Positions 29,301-42,697 of a stretch of 64,000 nt of DNA are shown one piece after another (the first letter of the stretch is position 1; each line of letters begins with the position of its first letter). The stretch comes from Eledone cirrhosa (Eukaryota). The stretch spans positions 242,606,001 through 242,670,000 of the forward strand of contig OZ024743.1 in NCBI GenBank assembly GCA_964016885.1, read 5' to 3'. Under the pieces are notes generated by a model. The model saw nothing but the letters and a program-made list of their open reading frames with translations, did not search any database and was not told where the DNA came from. A program made the position numbers and the translations under genes.

Positions 29301-30458
29301 CTTAGATGCAGGATGCATCCATGTGGTCTTGAATTTGTTCTTTTGTTGGAACATGGTGTTGGTAACACACAGATCCAGCTCCTCACACATCTGCAGCAGG
29401 AGCATACCATTGTTGTTATACTTTCCCACCCCATGCCTTCCGATTACATTCCATGTGTTAAAATCCCTACCCACTCTAGCATTAAAGTCACCAAGCACGA
29501 TGACTTTGTCTGCCTGAGGGATATTTCTTAAAACACCTTTCAAGGCATGGTAAAAGGACACTTTTTCTTCATCAACAGAATTCATAGTTAGAGCATACAC
29601 ACTCACCAGGGTAGCATATCTTCCTTTGTCCAGCGGAACTCTCATGGACATAAGACGCTCACTAATCCCTACTGGGAATTCTTCTAATTTATTCACAAGT
29701 ACAGTCTTAACAGCAAATCCTACCCCAGCCTCTCTTCTGGTTCCTTCATCTCTTCCTTTCCAGAAGAATGTATATTCTCCACAAAATTCTGTAAGATGAC
29801 CATCTCCAGCTAACCTCGTCTCAGATAAAGCCACGATGTCAAGATCGTAACGTCGAAGCTCCTTTGCAACAAGAGCGGTCCTTCGTTCAGGACGCTCCAA
29901 GGAATCCCTGTCAAGCAGCGTCCGTACGTTCCAGCAGCCAAGACTAAATGCCTTGTTTGGCTCTATTACAATGGCACGATGACGAGCGGGCCCAGGCTGT
30001 GATAACCTGGGGCCCCTGCCCTTATTGTCAATTATCTTTTTTGTTCCAGAACCTAAATTGCCAATTATCTCTTTTATATTGTTCTGGAACATCATTGAAT
30101 TGGAAAAAAAAAAAAAAAAAAAAGTAATAATAATAGTAATAATGATAATAATAGTACACTATTAATAATTATTAATGCACTCGTGCAATGCCTGTGCGTG
30201 ACGAATATTTTTCAAGTGAGGAAAGACTGCACTGAGCCAATCCCACTCTCTGAGCGACAGTAGCTATAACCCGAAAAGAAGAAAAGATCAACATCATCGG
30301 TAACTACTGAGCCGCAGGTTTTATATCGGAGTTAACCCAGTTTCCTGAGATGCCTTCTCCTAGAAGAATGCCCTGACAAGGGCTATGGGGTTCTTCACTC
30401 CCACTGGTTTAACTGCGCGATCGGGCATCCAGCCCGATTATTTCTATGTCCCCGCGCG
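26250..30458 (-). mobile_element. Near-full-length RTE-clade LINE
   Basis: APE + RT frame, 5' UTR with ctaggagaagg motif, 3' terminus at 26250-26298 followed by a (TATG)n tail; boundaries approximate. Confidence 0.9.
26551..30095 (-). pseudogene. RTE ORF: AP endonuclease, RT and three C2H2 zinc fingers; three stops and one frameshift
   Basis: WNVRTL, ALSETR, GDFNARVG, LDYVL, TDHRLV; FVDLTKAFD, GVKQG, YADD; stops at 29025, 28791 and 27091; shift near 27770. Confidence 0.93.
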
Positions 30459-30878
30459 AAAAATAAAAAAATAAAAAAATTAAAAAAACTCACTTATTGA
30501 CACTTATACGTACGACATACACACACGCGCATACATATGCGCGCACACACACGCATACATACATACATACATACATACATACATACATACATACATACAT
30601 ACATACATACATACATACATACATACATACATACATACATACATACATACGCATGGTTACGTACTTAGCATAACTACAAACAGATTGGTTATTAACATAT
30701 GAACGTATCTGGTTATGCATATAAATATATATAAATACATACATATTTCACACATGTACACACATATCTTTATATATTATTTGGGCGTGTGTGTGTTCGC
30801 GTGTGTGAAAGTGTATATGTATGTGTGTACATTTATGTGTCTATTTATATATATACATATATAGAGAGAGAGAGAGAG

Positions 30879-30937
<59 letters not shown>

Positions 30938-31129
30938 TATATATATATATATATTTATGATATGGAACAGGGAGGTGGGAGATATGGGCATAAGCTCATA
31001 CTTATAATCAGAAGAAAGAAAGAAAGACAGACAGAAAGAAAGAAAGAAAGTGAAACTAATGTAGAGACTAAGATATATTAAAGAGCGAAAAAGACGCGTC
31101 GAGATCGAGAAAGGTATGAGTGATGGGTG

Positions 31130-31196
<67 letters not shown>

Positions 31197-31589
31197 GTGC
31201 AGCTACTTTTGTTCTTCTCGTTTCGTTCCTGATTCTGAATAGATATCTGCAATTGTATACAATGTATGTGGTTAGAGAAGAAAAACTTGTGTTGAATTTG
31301 GTCGGCCAAAAGCGGCGGCAGTGAGTAGTAACTAATTAGCAAGTATATGTGTGGTGTGAAAGATAGAGCAACAATAGCGAAATTACATTAAACAGCCAGA
31401 GAAATCGGCTAGAAAATCCCATCACAAAGCAACAACGTGAGATAGACTGAGAACTGAAATACAATGTTATAAATGCCGGCGATAAGCCACTAATTGCATT
31501 CTATGTCAGATTGAATTGCAGAAGAATGTTTTTGTTTTTGTTATGGTTTACTATAATGTGTATATATTTATATTTATTTGCGTGTGTAT

Positions 31590-31657
<68 letters not shown>

Positions 31658-32066
31658 TTATGTATGTGTTTGTGTGTATATATGCGTGTGTGTGTATATA
31701 TGTACGTGCGTGTGTGTGTATATATGTATGTGTTTGTGTGTATATATGCGTGTGTGTGTATATATGTACGTGTGTGTATATGTATGTGTATGGGTGTGTA
31801 TATGTATGTGTGTATGTGTGTGTGTGTGTGCGTGTGTGTGTGTGTGTGTATGTATGTGTGTGTGTGTGTTTGGTTGTTTTATTTTACTCTGAAAATTATA
31901 ATTATAATGGATTTACATCTTTGCAACCGGAAGTTACCAAGGAAGTCTAACTTTCATTTGATTTGTATCCTTTTTTTTCTTTATTTCCGGTTAGTTTTTG
32001 TAGTAACGCGATTTGTGATTTTTATTTAAATTCTCTATGGGAGATTTATCTGGATTTTAGTTTTTG

Positions 32067-32122
<56 letters not shown>

Positions 32123-32294
32123 GAGAGACAGAGAAATGGATAGAATGATTAGCGAATTGATTTATAGACAGATTTACAAAAGGAGTTACAGACATATACG
32201 CACATTTATTTATGTATATATATATACATACATACATATAACGATTTTGTAAATCGATCTCTGCATCTGTTTATCTCGCTCTATCTGTCTATAC

Positions 32295-32344
<50 letters not shown>

Positions 32345-32347
32345 ATA

Positions 32348-32418
<71 letters not shown>

Positions 32419-32469
32419 ATGGTAGTAAATGTCATTGCCGTTGTTTTGTTTTATCTTATTTTAAACATT

Positions 32470-33960
32470 TTACTGCAGCATCCGGTTATTTCTCCTGTTT
32501 CATATTAATGTCGTCGTCTTCAGCAAAGCCATATCAATTTTTTTTGGGGTATTTTTTTTTCTATTTCCGTACAAATTAAATGTAAAACGATTTCTTTATC
32601 ACGTTTTACAATTTTGTCAGGGCATTCTTCTCTGTAAGGAAATTATACAAAATTAAGGTCGAGCAGATAAGAGTTAATGGTATAGACATTTTTAATGCAG
32701 TTGTCATCGTCGGTCACAGCCTTTAAGAAGCAGCCACCTTTCCCTAACGGACAGCTGGTGCAGTTTTGGCAGATGTAAACTGGTGCGTGAGTGGGGCCTG
32801 TTTAGGTGAGTGCTTTTTTTGTTTTGTTTTGTTTCTTATGATTTTGTTATAGGGTGCAATGCTGGTAGCGATAATATCTAGGTATGAGGAGCTAACCTTA
32901 ACGTTATGGCTATCAAAGTGTTTATGGTTCTTATGCGTGTTCGGGAATTGAGAGAGGAAGCTTCTAGCTATATTTATGGACTGATAGAATGGAGGATTAA
33001 ACGAAACTCTTTTAAAGGGACTCTCCGTGTATAGTAACTTTTCATTAAAGTCACTCCTCGCTATTTCCTTCTTGTAGTGGAGTGTAAGTCTGTTGAAAAT
33101 AATTCTATCATACAACAAACTATAAATTCTTTTGCTAATACCAGATGCTAGGTTTCTAATTATAACCGGGAGGAATTGTAAACGACCTCTTCATTAGGCC
33201 TCCTGTAGGGGTACTATTCCCTTGTCCTAAGGTTCAGTAAATCGATATTGGACAAGTCAGTGGTAACAGTTATATTTAGACCCAACTCTTTGAAGATTTT
33301 TTCTGGACTTATCTATTGTAGGTCGTCTATAATGCTTTAGATTGTGAAGCTATCATTCCTATACAGAGTTAAACTGTAAGATGTGTCCATTTTTGTAGGG
33401 TATCCAGGATAAATAATCGGTGACCTCTGTCCGATTGTAACTTTTCAATGGATTCGTCGAACAATAAGGCTCCTTTTTATGCACGTGTAACAGAAAGGAC
33501 TATATATCGTTTAGAATTATTCTGATATTGAAGATTGTGTTGCTGGAATCGCATTTGGCTAAACCAATCACTCTTCTTATGTCAAATTTGGCGGCACTGC
33601 TTATCTTGCTTTTAAATAGTTTGATCAGCCTGTGTTTATGGCTAAAGAAGTTGTGCTTGTGATCCGAGCAAACAATGCGGCATTTGTGATCTACAAGGTT
33701 GAATTCACCTCGGCCTGATCAAACCAACAACAGGCGATCAAAACCGACGTGGGAATGTCGGAAGATAGATTTAAAAACCACTTCCTAAACGACGAGGCAA
33801 CCTTCGAAGATACAATATTAAACTCGCCAGTCGCATCTGTGATCTCAGGGACAAAGGCGCGAATTTCTCCATCAAACGAAGGATCCTGAAATGATTATAG
33901 CCCTATTCAAATGGCTCCAGGACGTTCAGTTGTGTGCAGCGGGAGGTGAAATATACTTAC
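32470..33960. mobile_element. Decayed PLE with internal inversion (RT/linker on minus, endonuclease piece on plus)
   Basis: Minus: FNPPF...FPNTHKNHKHFDSHNVKVS; plus from ~33730: KTDVGMSEDRFK, DLRDKGANFSIK, PYSNGSR. Confidence 0.7.
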
Positions 33961-34682
33961 TATGTCACTGATTTCACCAGCGGCTCCCCAAACCTATGAT
34001 ATCCACAAATACTTCCACATGGACTCGCTTTTACAAACACAGAGTGTACTATAATAATCTTATTATAGTTAAACATTAATTAAAAAGTTTTGAAGTGATG
34101 AGTGATATGAATTTTCATAAAACTGTAGGAATCTCAGCACAGAGGTAGCTGTAAACAGCTAATTGCTATGTGCATAGTAAAAAGTCGGGTTAAAATGTAA
34201 CCACATATAAGGCGGAAAAAGGGAGAGAGGGAGATAGAGTGTCTAAAGCACGAGATGAGAAATGAGAAGGGCACAGAGAAAGAGAGAGACGGAGAGAGAG
34301 AGAGAGGGGGGAGAGGGAGGAGGAAGAGAAGAGGAGTAGAGATCGACGGAGCAAAATATTTTTGAAGAATTGCGAAAGATAAAAAATGATGGAGAAAGGA
34401 ACAATGTAAACTAAAGATAAATACAGAACTATAACGTCGTGATGACCTCTTCTAGGTAAAAAGTAGCCCGCGCAACACAACCAAAATGTCTTTTGGCTTG
34501 ACGCAGGTATAGGCAAAATAAAACAAGACAAGGGAAGAGAGCAGTGGGACACGTCAATATCGAATGGTGGTCGACCTGAAAAGAGGCTGTCTGATACTTC
34601 CGGTGTCTTCTCGTCTGCTACTGCTGTTCCCGTCGGAATAACAAACAGCCTCTTTTCGAGTCAAACACTGCTTGATACGAGA

Positions 34683-34729
<47 letters not shown>

Positions 34730-34773
34730 AATAACAGGAAGCTGGACTGGTGTAAATCCTTGAAAGGTTTATT

Positions 34774-34831
34774 ATACTATGATCATTTCAATAACCGGGT
34801 TCAGTATGAATCCGGTGACATCATCAGGTAT
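34774..34831 (-). ncRNA. Hammerhead motif, left-arm copy
   Basis: Reverse complement of 35001-35058. Confidence 0.7.
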
Positions 34832-35000
34832 TCAAAATATAACAAAGGAATACACCAGATAGAATCCATGGGGCTGAAAATCAGAGACAAGAGGACTCGA
34901 GGGCGGCCGACTGAGGTAGAAGCTGCTAAATAGTCGTCCTCTTGTCTCTGATTTTCAGCCCCATGGATTTTATCTGTTATATTCCTTTGTTATATTTTGA

Positions 35001-35058
35001 ATACCTGATGATGTCACCGGATTCATACTGAACCCGGTCATTGAAATGATCATAGTAT
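35001..35058 (+). ncRNA. Minimal type I hammerhead motif
   Basis: atac-CTGATGA-tgtcaccgg...ccggtcatt-GAAA-tgatca-TA-gtat. Confidence 0.75.
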
Positions 35059-35273
35059 AATAAACCTTTCAAGGATTTACACCAGTCCAGCCTCCTGTTA
35101 TTTTATAATAATTAACTCCGTACTCGTACCACCAACTACACAAACGAAGACGGGTGAGTTGCATTACGTTCAGTACTCTCCATAATATTACATCGAGATT
35201 GACCATACGGAATGACCAGTTCTATTCAGTGGTGAACCAACAAACCTAAATAAATATATATATATATACACTT

Positions 35274-35406
<133 letters not shown>

Positions 35407-35447
35407 ATGTTATTAATAAATGGAAACTATATTTATAAAATCATATT

Positions 35448-35508
35448 TATTCTATTATATATATTTCAAGGGTACCAAAACTTTGGTACGCCCTCATCAG
35501 ATAAAATA
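35448..35508 (-). ncRNA. Minimal type I hammerhead motif (family B)
   Basis: Minus strand tattttat-CTGATGA-gggcgtaccaaa-gt-tttggtaccctt-GAAA-tata-TA-atagaata. Confidence 0.8.
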
Positions 35509-35538
35509 CAAAAGTTGTTTTATAAATAGTGACATACC

Positions 35539-35603
35539 CAGGAATCAGACCTTAACAGTTCAGGTTCCGTTTGGGAACCTGAACTGTTAAGGTCTGATTC
35601 CTG
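35539..35603. repeat. Perfect hairpin, 30-bp arms and 5-nt loop
   Basis: caggaatcagaccttaacagttcaggttcc and its exact reverse complement. Confidence 0.95.
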
Positions 35604-35651
35604 TTATAAATATATTTGTGGAATCACCAACAAATTAAATATCTCTTTGCT

Positions 35652-35690
<39 letters not shown>

Positions 35691-35693
35691 TCC

Positions 35694-35828
35694 TTTTATT
35701 AAGGCTAAATAGTGAGTCTTTTAATTCCAGATTAACAAGACTCACTATTTAGCCTTAATAAAATAAATATTCAAACTCAACTTCAATATTGAGTACTCTT
35801 ATCTCTCATCCGTCAACCACATACGGGT
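35694..35828. repeat. Micro fold-back (27-bp arms) plus tail, between microsatellites
   Basis: 35694-35720 and 35737-35763 are inverted; the tail contains TATTGAGTAC. Confidence 0.85.
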
Positions 35829-35984
35829 ATATATATATATATGTGTGGTGTGGTGTATGTGTGTGTGTGTGTGTGCGTGTACACATACAGGTGAGATGAG
35901 ACTTTACACCAAGTATAGCGGTAATGAAACGTGTGCTAGTGGGGGGGGGGGCATGGTGTGGTGTTATTGCTAGTGTTATTGTCG

Positions 35985-37615
35985 TTGTGGCGGCGGCGGC
36001 GGTGATGGTGGTGGTGGTGGTGTTGTTGCTGCTGCTGTTGGTGCTGGTACTGCTGGTGGTGGTGGTGGTGCTGCTGGTGGTGGTGATGCTGATGCTGCTG
36101 CAACTGGTGCTGGTGGTGCTGGTGGATGGTGGGGGGGGGGAGAAAAGATAGAATAGCGAGTTTGTAGAAGATAGATGAAAGATGGAAAGAAAGAAAGAAA
36201 GAAAGAAGGGTGGAAAGACAACAACAACGACGACGACGATGACGATGAAAGTATAGATGATTTATTAAAAGATAATAAAGTGTAGTAGCGGTCCATATAT
36301 GGCCTCCCAGGTCAAATAAGAGATAAATCCCTTCAATTTCTTCACTTTCCTACATCTCTTCTATAATTTTACATTTAATTCATCGCTTTAATACACTCGC
36401 CATTATTTTCACACTCTCTCTCTCCCTCGTTTGTTGTTTTATTTTTTCTGTTCCATTCTTATTCTGTTGTTGTTGTTGTTGTTGTTGTTGTTGGTAGGGT
36501 GGTGGTAGTGGTAGTGGTGGCGGTGGTGGTGGTGCCGGTGGTGGTGGTAGTGGTGGTGGCGGTGTTGGTGTGGTAATTGTGGTGTTGTTGTTGTTGTTGT
36601 TGATGATGGCGGTGCTGCTGGTGGTGGTGGTGGTGGTGGTAGGGTGGTGAGGGGGGGGGATAGTGTTGGTGGCGGTGGTGGTGGCGGTGTTGGTGTGGTA
36701 ATTGTGGTGGTGTTGTTGTTGTTGATTATGGCGGTGCTGGTGGTGGTGGTGGTGGTGGTGGTGGTAGGGTGGTGATGGGGGGGGATAGTGTTGGTGGCGG
36801 TGGTGGTGGCGGTGTTGGTGTGGTAATTGTGGTGGTGTTGTTGTTGTTGTTGTTGATGGTGGCGGTGGTGGTGGGTTTGTTGTTTGTGGTGGTAGTGGTG
36901 GTGGTGGTGGTGGTTGCGGTGGTGTTGTTGTTGTTGTTGATGGCGGTGTTGGTGTGGTAATTGTGGTGGTGTTGTTGTTGTTGATGGTGGTGGCGGTGGT
37001 GTTGTTGTTTGTGGTGGTAGTGGTGGTGGTGGTGGTGGCGGTGTTGGTGGTGTTGGTGGCGGTGTTGGTGTGGTAGTTGTGGTGGTGTTGTTGTTGTTGA
37101 TGGTGGCGGTGGTGGTGGTGGTGGTGTTGTTTGTGGTGGTGGTGGTGGTGGTGGTGGTGGTGGCGGCGGTGTTGGTGTGGTAGTGGTGTTGTTGTTGTTG
37201 TTGTTGATGGTGGTGCTGGTGCTGGTAGTGTTGGTGGTGGTGGGGGAGGGGGGTAGTTGTGGTGGTGGTGGTGGTGGTGCTGGTGGTGGTGGTGGCGGTG
37301 TTGGTGCTGGTGGTGGTGGTGGTAGTGGTGATGGTGGTGGTGGCGGTGGTGGTGTGGTGGTTGTGGTGTTGTTGTTGTTGATGGTTGTTGAAGGTGGTGG
37401 TGCTGGTGCTGGTGGTGGAAGTGGTGATGGTGATGGTGGTGGTGGCGGTGGGGGTGTGGGGGTTGTGGTGGTGGTGTTGTTATTGGTGGTGGTAGTGGTG
37501 CTGGTGCTGGTGTTGATGGTGCGGGTGTTGTTGTTGGTGGTTGTGGTGGTAGTGGGTGGTGGTTGTGGAGGTGTTGTTTTTGTTGTTGTTGTTGTTGATG
37601 GTGGTGGTGGTGGTT
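35985..37615. repeat. Degenerate trinucleotide arrays (GGT/GTT/GCT)
   Basis: Low complexity with internal block duplications; explains the poly-H/P/T/Q ORFs. Confidence 0.9.
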
Positions 37616-37820
37616 TTCATTTTGATTTTTTATCATCGGAACATTTCAGATTAACACATCTTTCATTCTCACACACATTCTCACTCTCTCTCTCTATATA
37701 TATATATATATATCCCTCTCTTTATCCCTCTCTCTCTCTCTCTCCTTCCTTCACTCCCTCTCTCTTTCTTTCCCTCCATCTATCTTTTTCACACATATGT
37801 TTCATACATGCACATTTTAG

Positions 37821-37910
<90 letters not shown>

Positions 37911-38643
37911 GTATATATATATGAGTGTGTGTGTGTGTGTCATTGACTCGGCATTTTCTCTTCCACATACACTTTTCAAATTAAAATTTACTTCGTTCTC
38001 CTGTCTCTCTTTCTAAATATATATATAGCAAGGGTAAAATATACCTATATTGTCATATAGAGTGTTATATAGGAGAGTATATGATTGCCATATGGCTTTA
38101 TACAAAGCTCAATATGTTTATGTAGTTATGTGTGGAAGACATGAGAAAGATTTTTATGGAAAAAGATACAGAAAGATAGACATTAACGCAAAGCATATCC
38201 ATGTATATATATATATGTGTGCGTGTGTGTGTGTGCGTGTGTGTGTGTGCGTGTGTGTATTTGTGTGTAAGTACATACATGTGTGTGTGTGTGTGTGTGT
38301 GTATGTGTGTATATATATGTATGTGTGTATATATGTATATATGTATGTGTGTATGTGTGTGTATATATATATATATATATGTATATTTATGTGTGCGTGT
38401 GTGTGTGTGTGCGTGCGTGTGTGTGTGTGTATTTGTGTGTAAGTACATATGTGTGTGTGTGTGTGTGTATGTGTGTATATACATGTATGTGTGTATATAT
38501 GTATATATGTATGTGTGTATGTGTGTATATATATGTATATATGTGTGTGCGTGTGTGTGTGTATTTGTGTGTAAGTACATATGTGTGTGTGTGTATGTGT
38601 GTATATACATGTATGTGTGTATATATGTATATATGTATGTGTG

Positions 38644-38693
<50 letters not shown>

Positions 38694-39805
38694 AGTGTAT
38701 ATATATGTGTCTATGTACACGTATATGTGTGTGTATGTGTGTTGATGTCTATGATATATGTGTGTATGTCTGTGTACGTATATATACGTAGGTGTGTGTG
38801 TATATATATGTATACGTTTGTGTCAATATATGTGTATGTATATGTGGTGATCTATCCATGTATTTTTCCCGCCAGTCATGTTCTTTAAATCACCTTTCTA
38901 ATCCCTGTCAAGTACCAGTTATCTCCCTTTAACAGTTATATTAATTCCAATTTCCTTAATAATTATTGAGCAACTAGAATCCATATGACGTAATATAACG
39001 GTTATTATTTTCTTAGTAATAAATCTGATTCTGTAGTGCGTCATATTGAAATGCAACCTACATTGGCCTCCATATTGCCCTAAAGAGCACGACATTTTTT
39101 GTTTTTTCAATTTTTGTTTCTTGTTTTTGCTTCCGAAGAGATTTTGCTTTACAGATGCACATAATTATATTTCAACTGCTTGAATTTTGACTAACTGTGT
39201 AATGATCGGTGGCAAGGCCGAAGCAATTGTAAGGCATTAAATGAAATAAGAACATTATTCTATCACTTTCTTTAGTTGTGTGTGTGTGCGTGTGTGTGTT
39301 TGGGTGGGTGGGTGTAAGTGTGTATGTGTACGTATCTATACATTCTGCGACAATTTAACCTGGCGGAGTTCATACCTCTCCAGATCTGAACAGGGAGAGA
39401 GGGGGGCGAGATACAGACAGAGAGAGAGAAAGAGAGAAAGAGAAAGCGAGAGACAGACAGAGAGGCAGACATGAAGAATTGACCTCAGTAATGCGAAAAG
39501 ATGAGCATCAAAGCTGAACTCTGCCAATTCACTTGATTTCAACCGAATTAAACAGAGCTAATCCTGTAGAAGTCATTTCCATAAAATATGTATACTCTCT
39601 ATTTAATGAATTGAGTACCTGACTCTACAGCAAACCGTTTATATATATATAACTGTCGGAACGGCTGGAGCTCAGCCGTCGGGGTCCTGAATCTTTTCAT
39701 ATTTATATATGGGGTACTGTAAAAAGTTAACAGAAATAACAAAGCAAACGACACGGTCCAGTGAAGAAATATATTAGTTTAATACTTGAAATAATAGGAA
39801 AAGAA

Positions 39806-39839
39806 TCTTAACGTTTCAGACACTAATCCTACATCAGAA
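39806..39839 (-). ncRNA. Degenerate minimal hammerhead motif
   Basis: Minus strand tt-CTGATGT-agga-ttagtg-tct-GAAA-cg-TT-aaga. Confidence 0.5.
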
Positions 39840-40107
39840 CATAGAATGAGGAATAAAATATGAAATAGATAGAAAGTAAAAAGATGAGAGGACGAAAAAA
39901 ATACGTGCGTATTCAGTCAGGCGTTCGTACGTGCACACACACACACGTGTGTGTGTGTGTGTGTAAGGGGGAACGGATGGATGGATTGATTGATGGATGT
40001 ATATGTGAGTGTATGTATGTATGCATATATGTATTTGTGTATTTATATATGTACGTACGTATGTGTTTATGTATTATGTATGTATGTATGTATGTACATA
40101 AATATTG

Positions 40108-40303
40108 TGTTCCACAGGGTGACACCACCGGTCCTGTGGAAAGCACAACTCTTTTCTGTCACCTGTGTCGTAACCCATGCAGATCTACAGCTGGTCTACA
40201 AAGTCATCTACGAGGTCATGGACACAGATGGGATGATGACGAAGAATCGCTAAGATGCGGCAATCGTCTGTGAAGACGCTGCAATCCTCACGTATGTATG
40301 TAT
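40108..40303 (+). mobile_element. RTE LINE 3' fragment with one C2H2 finger and (TATG)n tail
   Basis: FCHLCRNPCRSTAGLQSHLRGH resembles the fingers in 26551-27054. Confidence 0.7.
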
Positions 40304-40443
40304 GAATTCATGTATATATTTATGTACATATATGTGCCTGTGTTTGTATGTATGTAGATAGGTATGTAGATAGATTTCTTTATTAGCCACAAGGGCGCAA
40401 CAAGAAAGGGGACAATACAAAGGGGACAATACAAAGAGTTAGT

Positions 40444-40536
40444 TAGGTAGGTAGGTAGGCAGGCAGGCAGGCTGGCAGGCAGGCAGGTAGGTAGGTAGGT
40501 AGGTAGGTAGGTAGGTAGGTAGGTAGGTAGGTAGGT

Positions 40537-40583
<47 letters not shown>

Positions 40584-40640
40584 TAGGTAGGTAGGTAGGT
40601 AGGTAGGTAGGTAGGTAGGTAGGTAGGTAGGTAGGTAGGT

Positions 40641-40679
<39 letters not shown>

Positions 40680-40724
40680 TAGGTAGGTAGGTAGGTAGGT
40701 AGGTAGGTAGGTAGGTAGGTAGGT

Positions 40725-40771
<47 letters not shown>

Positions 40772-40816
40772 TAGGTAGGTAGGTAGGTAGGTAGGTAGGT
40801 AGGTAGGTAGGTAGGT

Positions 40817-40867
<51 letters not shown>

Positions 40868-40923
40868 TAGGTAGGTAGGTAGGTAGGTAGGTAGGTAGGT
40901 AGGTAGGCAGGCAGGCAGGCAGT

Positions 40924-40955
<32 letters not shown>

Positions 40956-41140
40956 TAGGCAGGCAGGTAGGTAGGTAGGTAGGCAGGCAGGCAGGCAGAC
41001 AGGCAGGCAGGCAGGCAGGCAGGTAGGTAGGTAGGTAGGTAGGTAGGTAGGTAGGTATGCAGGCAGGCAGGCAGGCAGGCAAGCAGGCAGGCAGGCAGGC
41101 AGGTAGGTAGGTAGGTAGGTAGGTAGGTAGGTAGGTAGGT

Positions 41141-41175
<35 letters not shown>

Positions 41176-41244
41176 TAGGTAGGTAGGTAGGTAGGTAGGT
41201 AGGTAGGTAGGTAGGTAGGTAGGTAGGTAGGTAGGTAGGTAGGT
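40444..41244. repeat. Compound (AGGT)n/(AGGC)n tetranucleotide array
   Basis: ~800 bp of alternating blocks. Confidence 0.95.
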
Positions 41245-41706
41245 TATAAGCATGAACAGAGGCTGGAAGGGACACTCTGATTTCTTCGAAGTTTTGCTGC
41301 AATTTTCTCATTCTCCTGGGGTTTATAAGAGCAGCGAAGAGAAGAGCAAAGTCACCGAGGGAGCCACGGAAGAGAAGAAGGGTTTGGGTTTAAAAGAGTG
41401 ATATGTAGCTGGTTGCTGTTAGGACGCATGTCGAGGCCAGATCAACCCTGGATAGCATACCTAGGCAAGATTGTATGATGTGGAAAGACCTAAAATACAC
41501 AATAACCACCAGGTTACTGTGCTGACGATGTGTCCCATCACATCTTGCACATATTAACATCTGCTTCATATCATTCTGTTTAAAATGTTCTTCCTTAATG
41601 GAGTTGATACAGTCATATATACTAGCCCCCAATCAATTCAACTGATTCGATCTGATCAGCCAAAAGTCCTAACCTCAACACACATACCCCTCAACACGCA
41701 CACAAT

Positions 41707-41930
41707 CAGGGTAGGATTTAGACCTTGTTAGGTCTCTGAGCACTTTAGGTCTGGAGGGCCCCTCCTACACGGAACATTAGAATACACAGCAAACTCCCCA
41801 ATTTTATATAAAATTCTAACCATCCTTAAACTAAAAAGCCCAGCTGAGGACACCGGCCGTCGCTGGTGGGGACCCCACTGCAGGGCGTCCGGGGCAATTA
41901 GCCCATTTGCCCCCATTAAATCCGGCCCTG
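41707..41930. mobile_element. hAT-type MITE
   Basis: Imperfect TIRs CAGGGTAGGATTTA / TAAATCCGGCCCTG; 8-bp TSD CACACAAT (41699-41706 and 41931-41938). Confidence 0.88.
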
Positions 41931-41976
41931 CACACAATACTCTTTCATGTATGTGTATATATATATATATATATAG

Positions 41977-42401
41977 AGAGAAAATTGAGGTTGGTAATGG
42001 CACATGGAATATATAAGAGACAGAATACTTTTTTGTGAAAAAACATAATTTTATAAGGTAAGGAAATAATAAAGGGTATAAAAAATGACCGGTTTCGATG
42101 GGTCTGCAAAAGCCATCTTTTCAAATGTTGATTAATATTAAGAAAAATTAATAATACGAAGAGTTAAAATTTGAGACTTGAAAATTCAAGTATAAAATTC
42201 ATTGTGGGATTTCATAGCAGTTTTCATCTAGGTAGCAACAACAGGTTGACTGCTGTGTCCCTTTCTGGTAGTGAATGAGAAGTTATTTGGGGTGTGGGTT
42301 ATTTTATAAAGGTCAGATTTAGCAATAGCCAGCTGCTGGTCAGTGAGGGGGTGGAAGCAATATACACACACATACCTTCATCCACACATACATACACATA
42401 C

Positions 42402-42442
<41 letters not shown>

Positions 42443-42503
42443 CACACATACATACACACACACATACATATACATACACACACACACACACATATATACA
42501 CAT

Positions 42504-42568
<65 letters not shown>

Positions 42569-42599
42569 TATATATACATACACATACATCCAGATACAC

Positions 42600-42697
<98 letters not shown>

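Larger units (their letters stand above)
34722..35255. mobile_element. Hammerhead-bearing fold-back between (TA)n tracts
   Basis: Arms 34722-34896 and 34936-35110 are near-perfect inverted repeats; tail 35111-35255. Confidence 0.9.

Noticed and set aside
36380-37636. 418-aa His/Pro/Thr/Gln-rich ORF
   Set aside because: A trinucleotide array open in several frames on both strands; no domain or splice evidence.
40288-41311. LPTY/LPAC repeat ORFs
   Set aside because: Translation of the AGGT/AGGC array.
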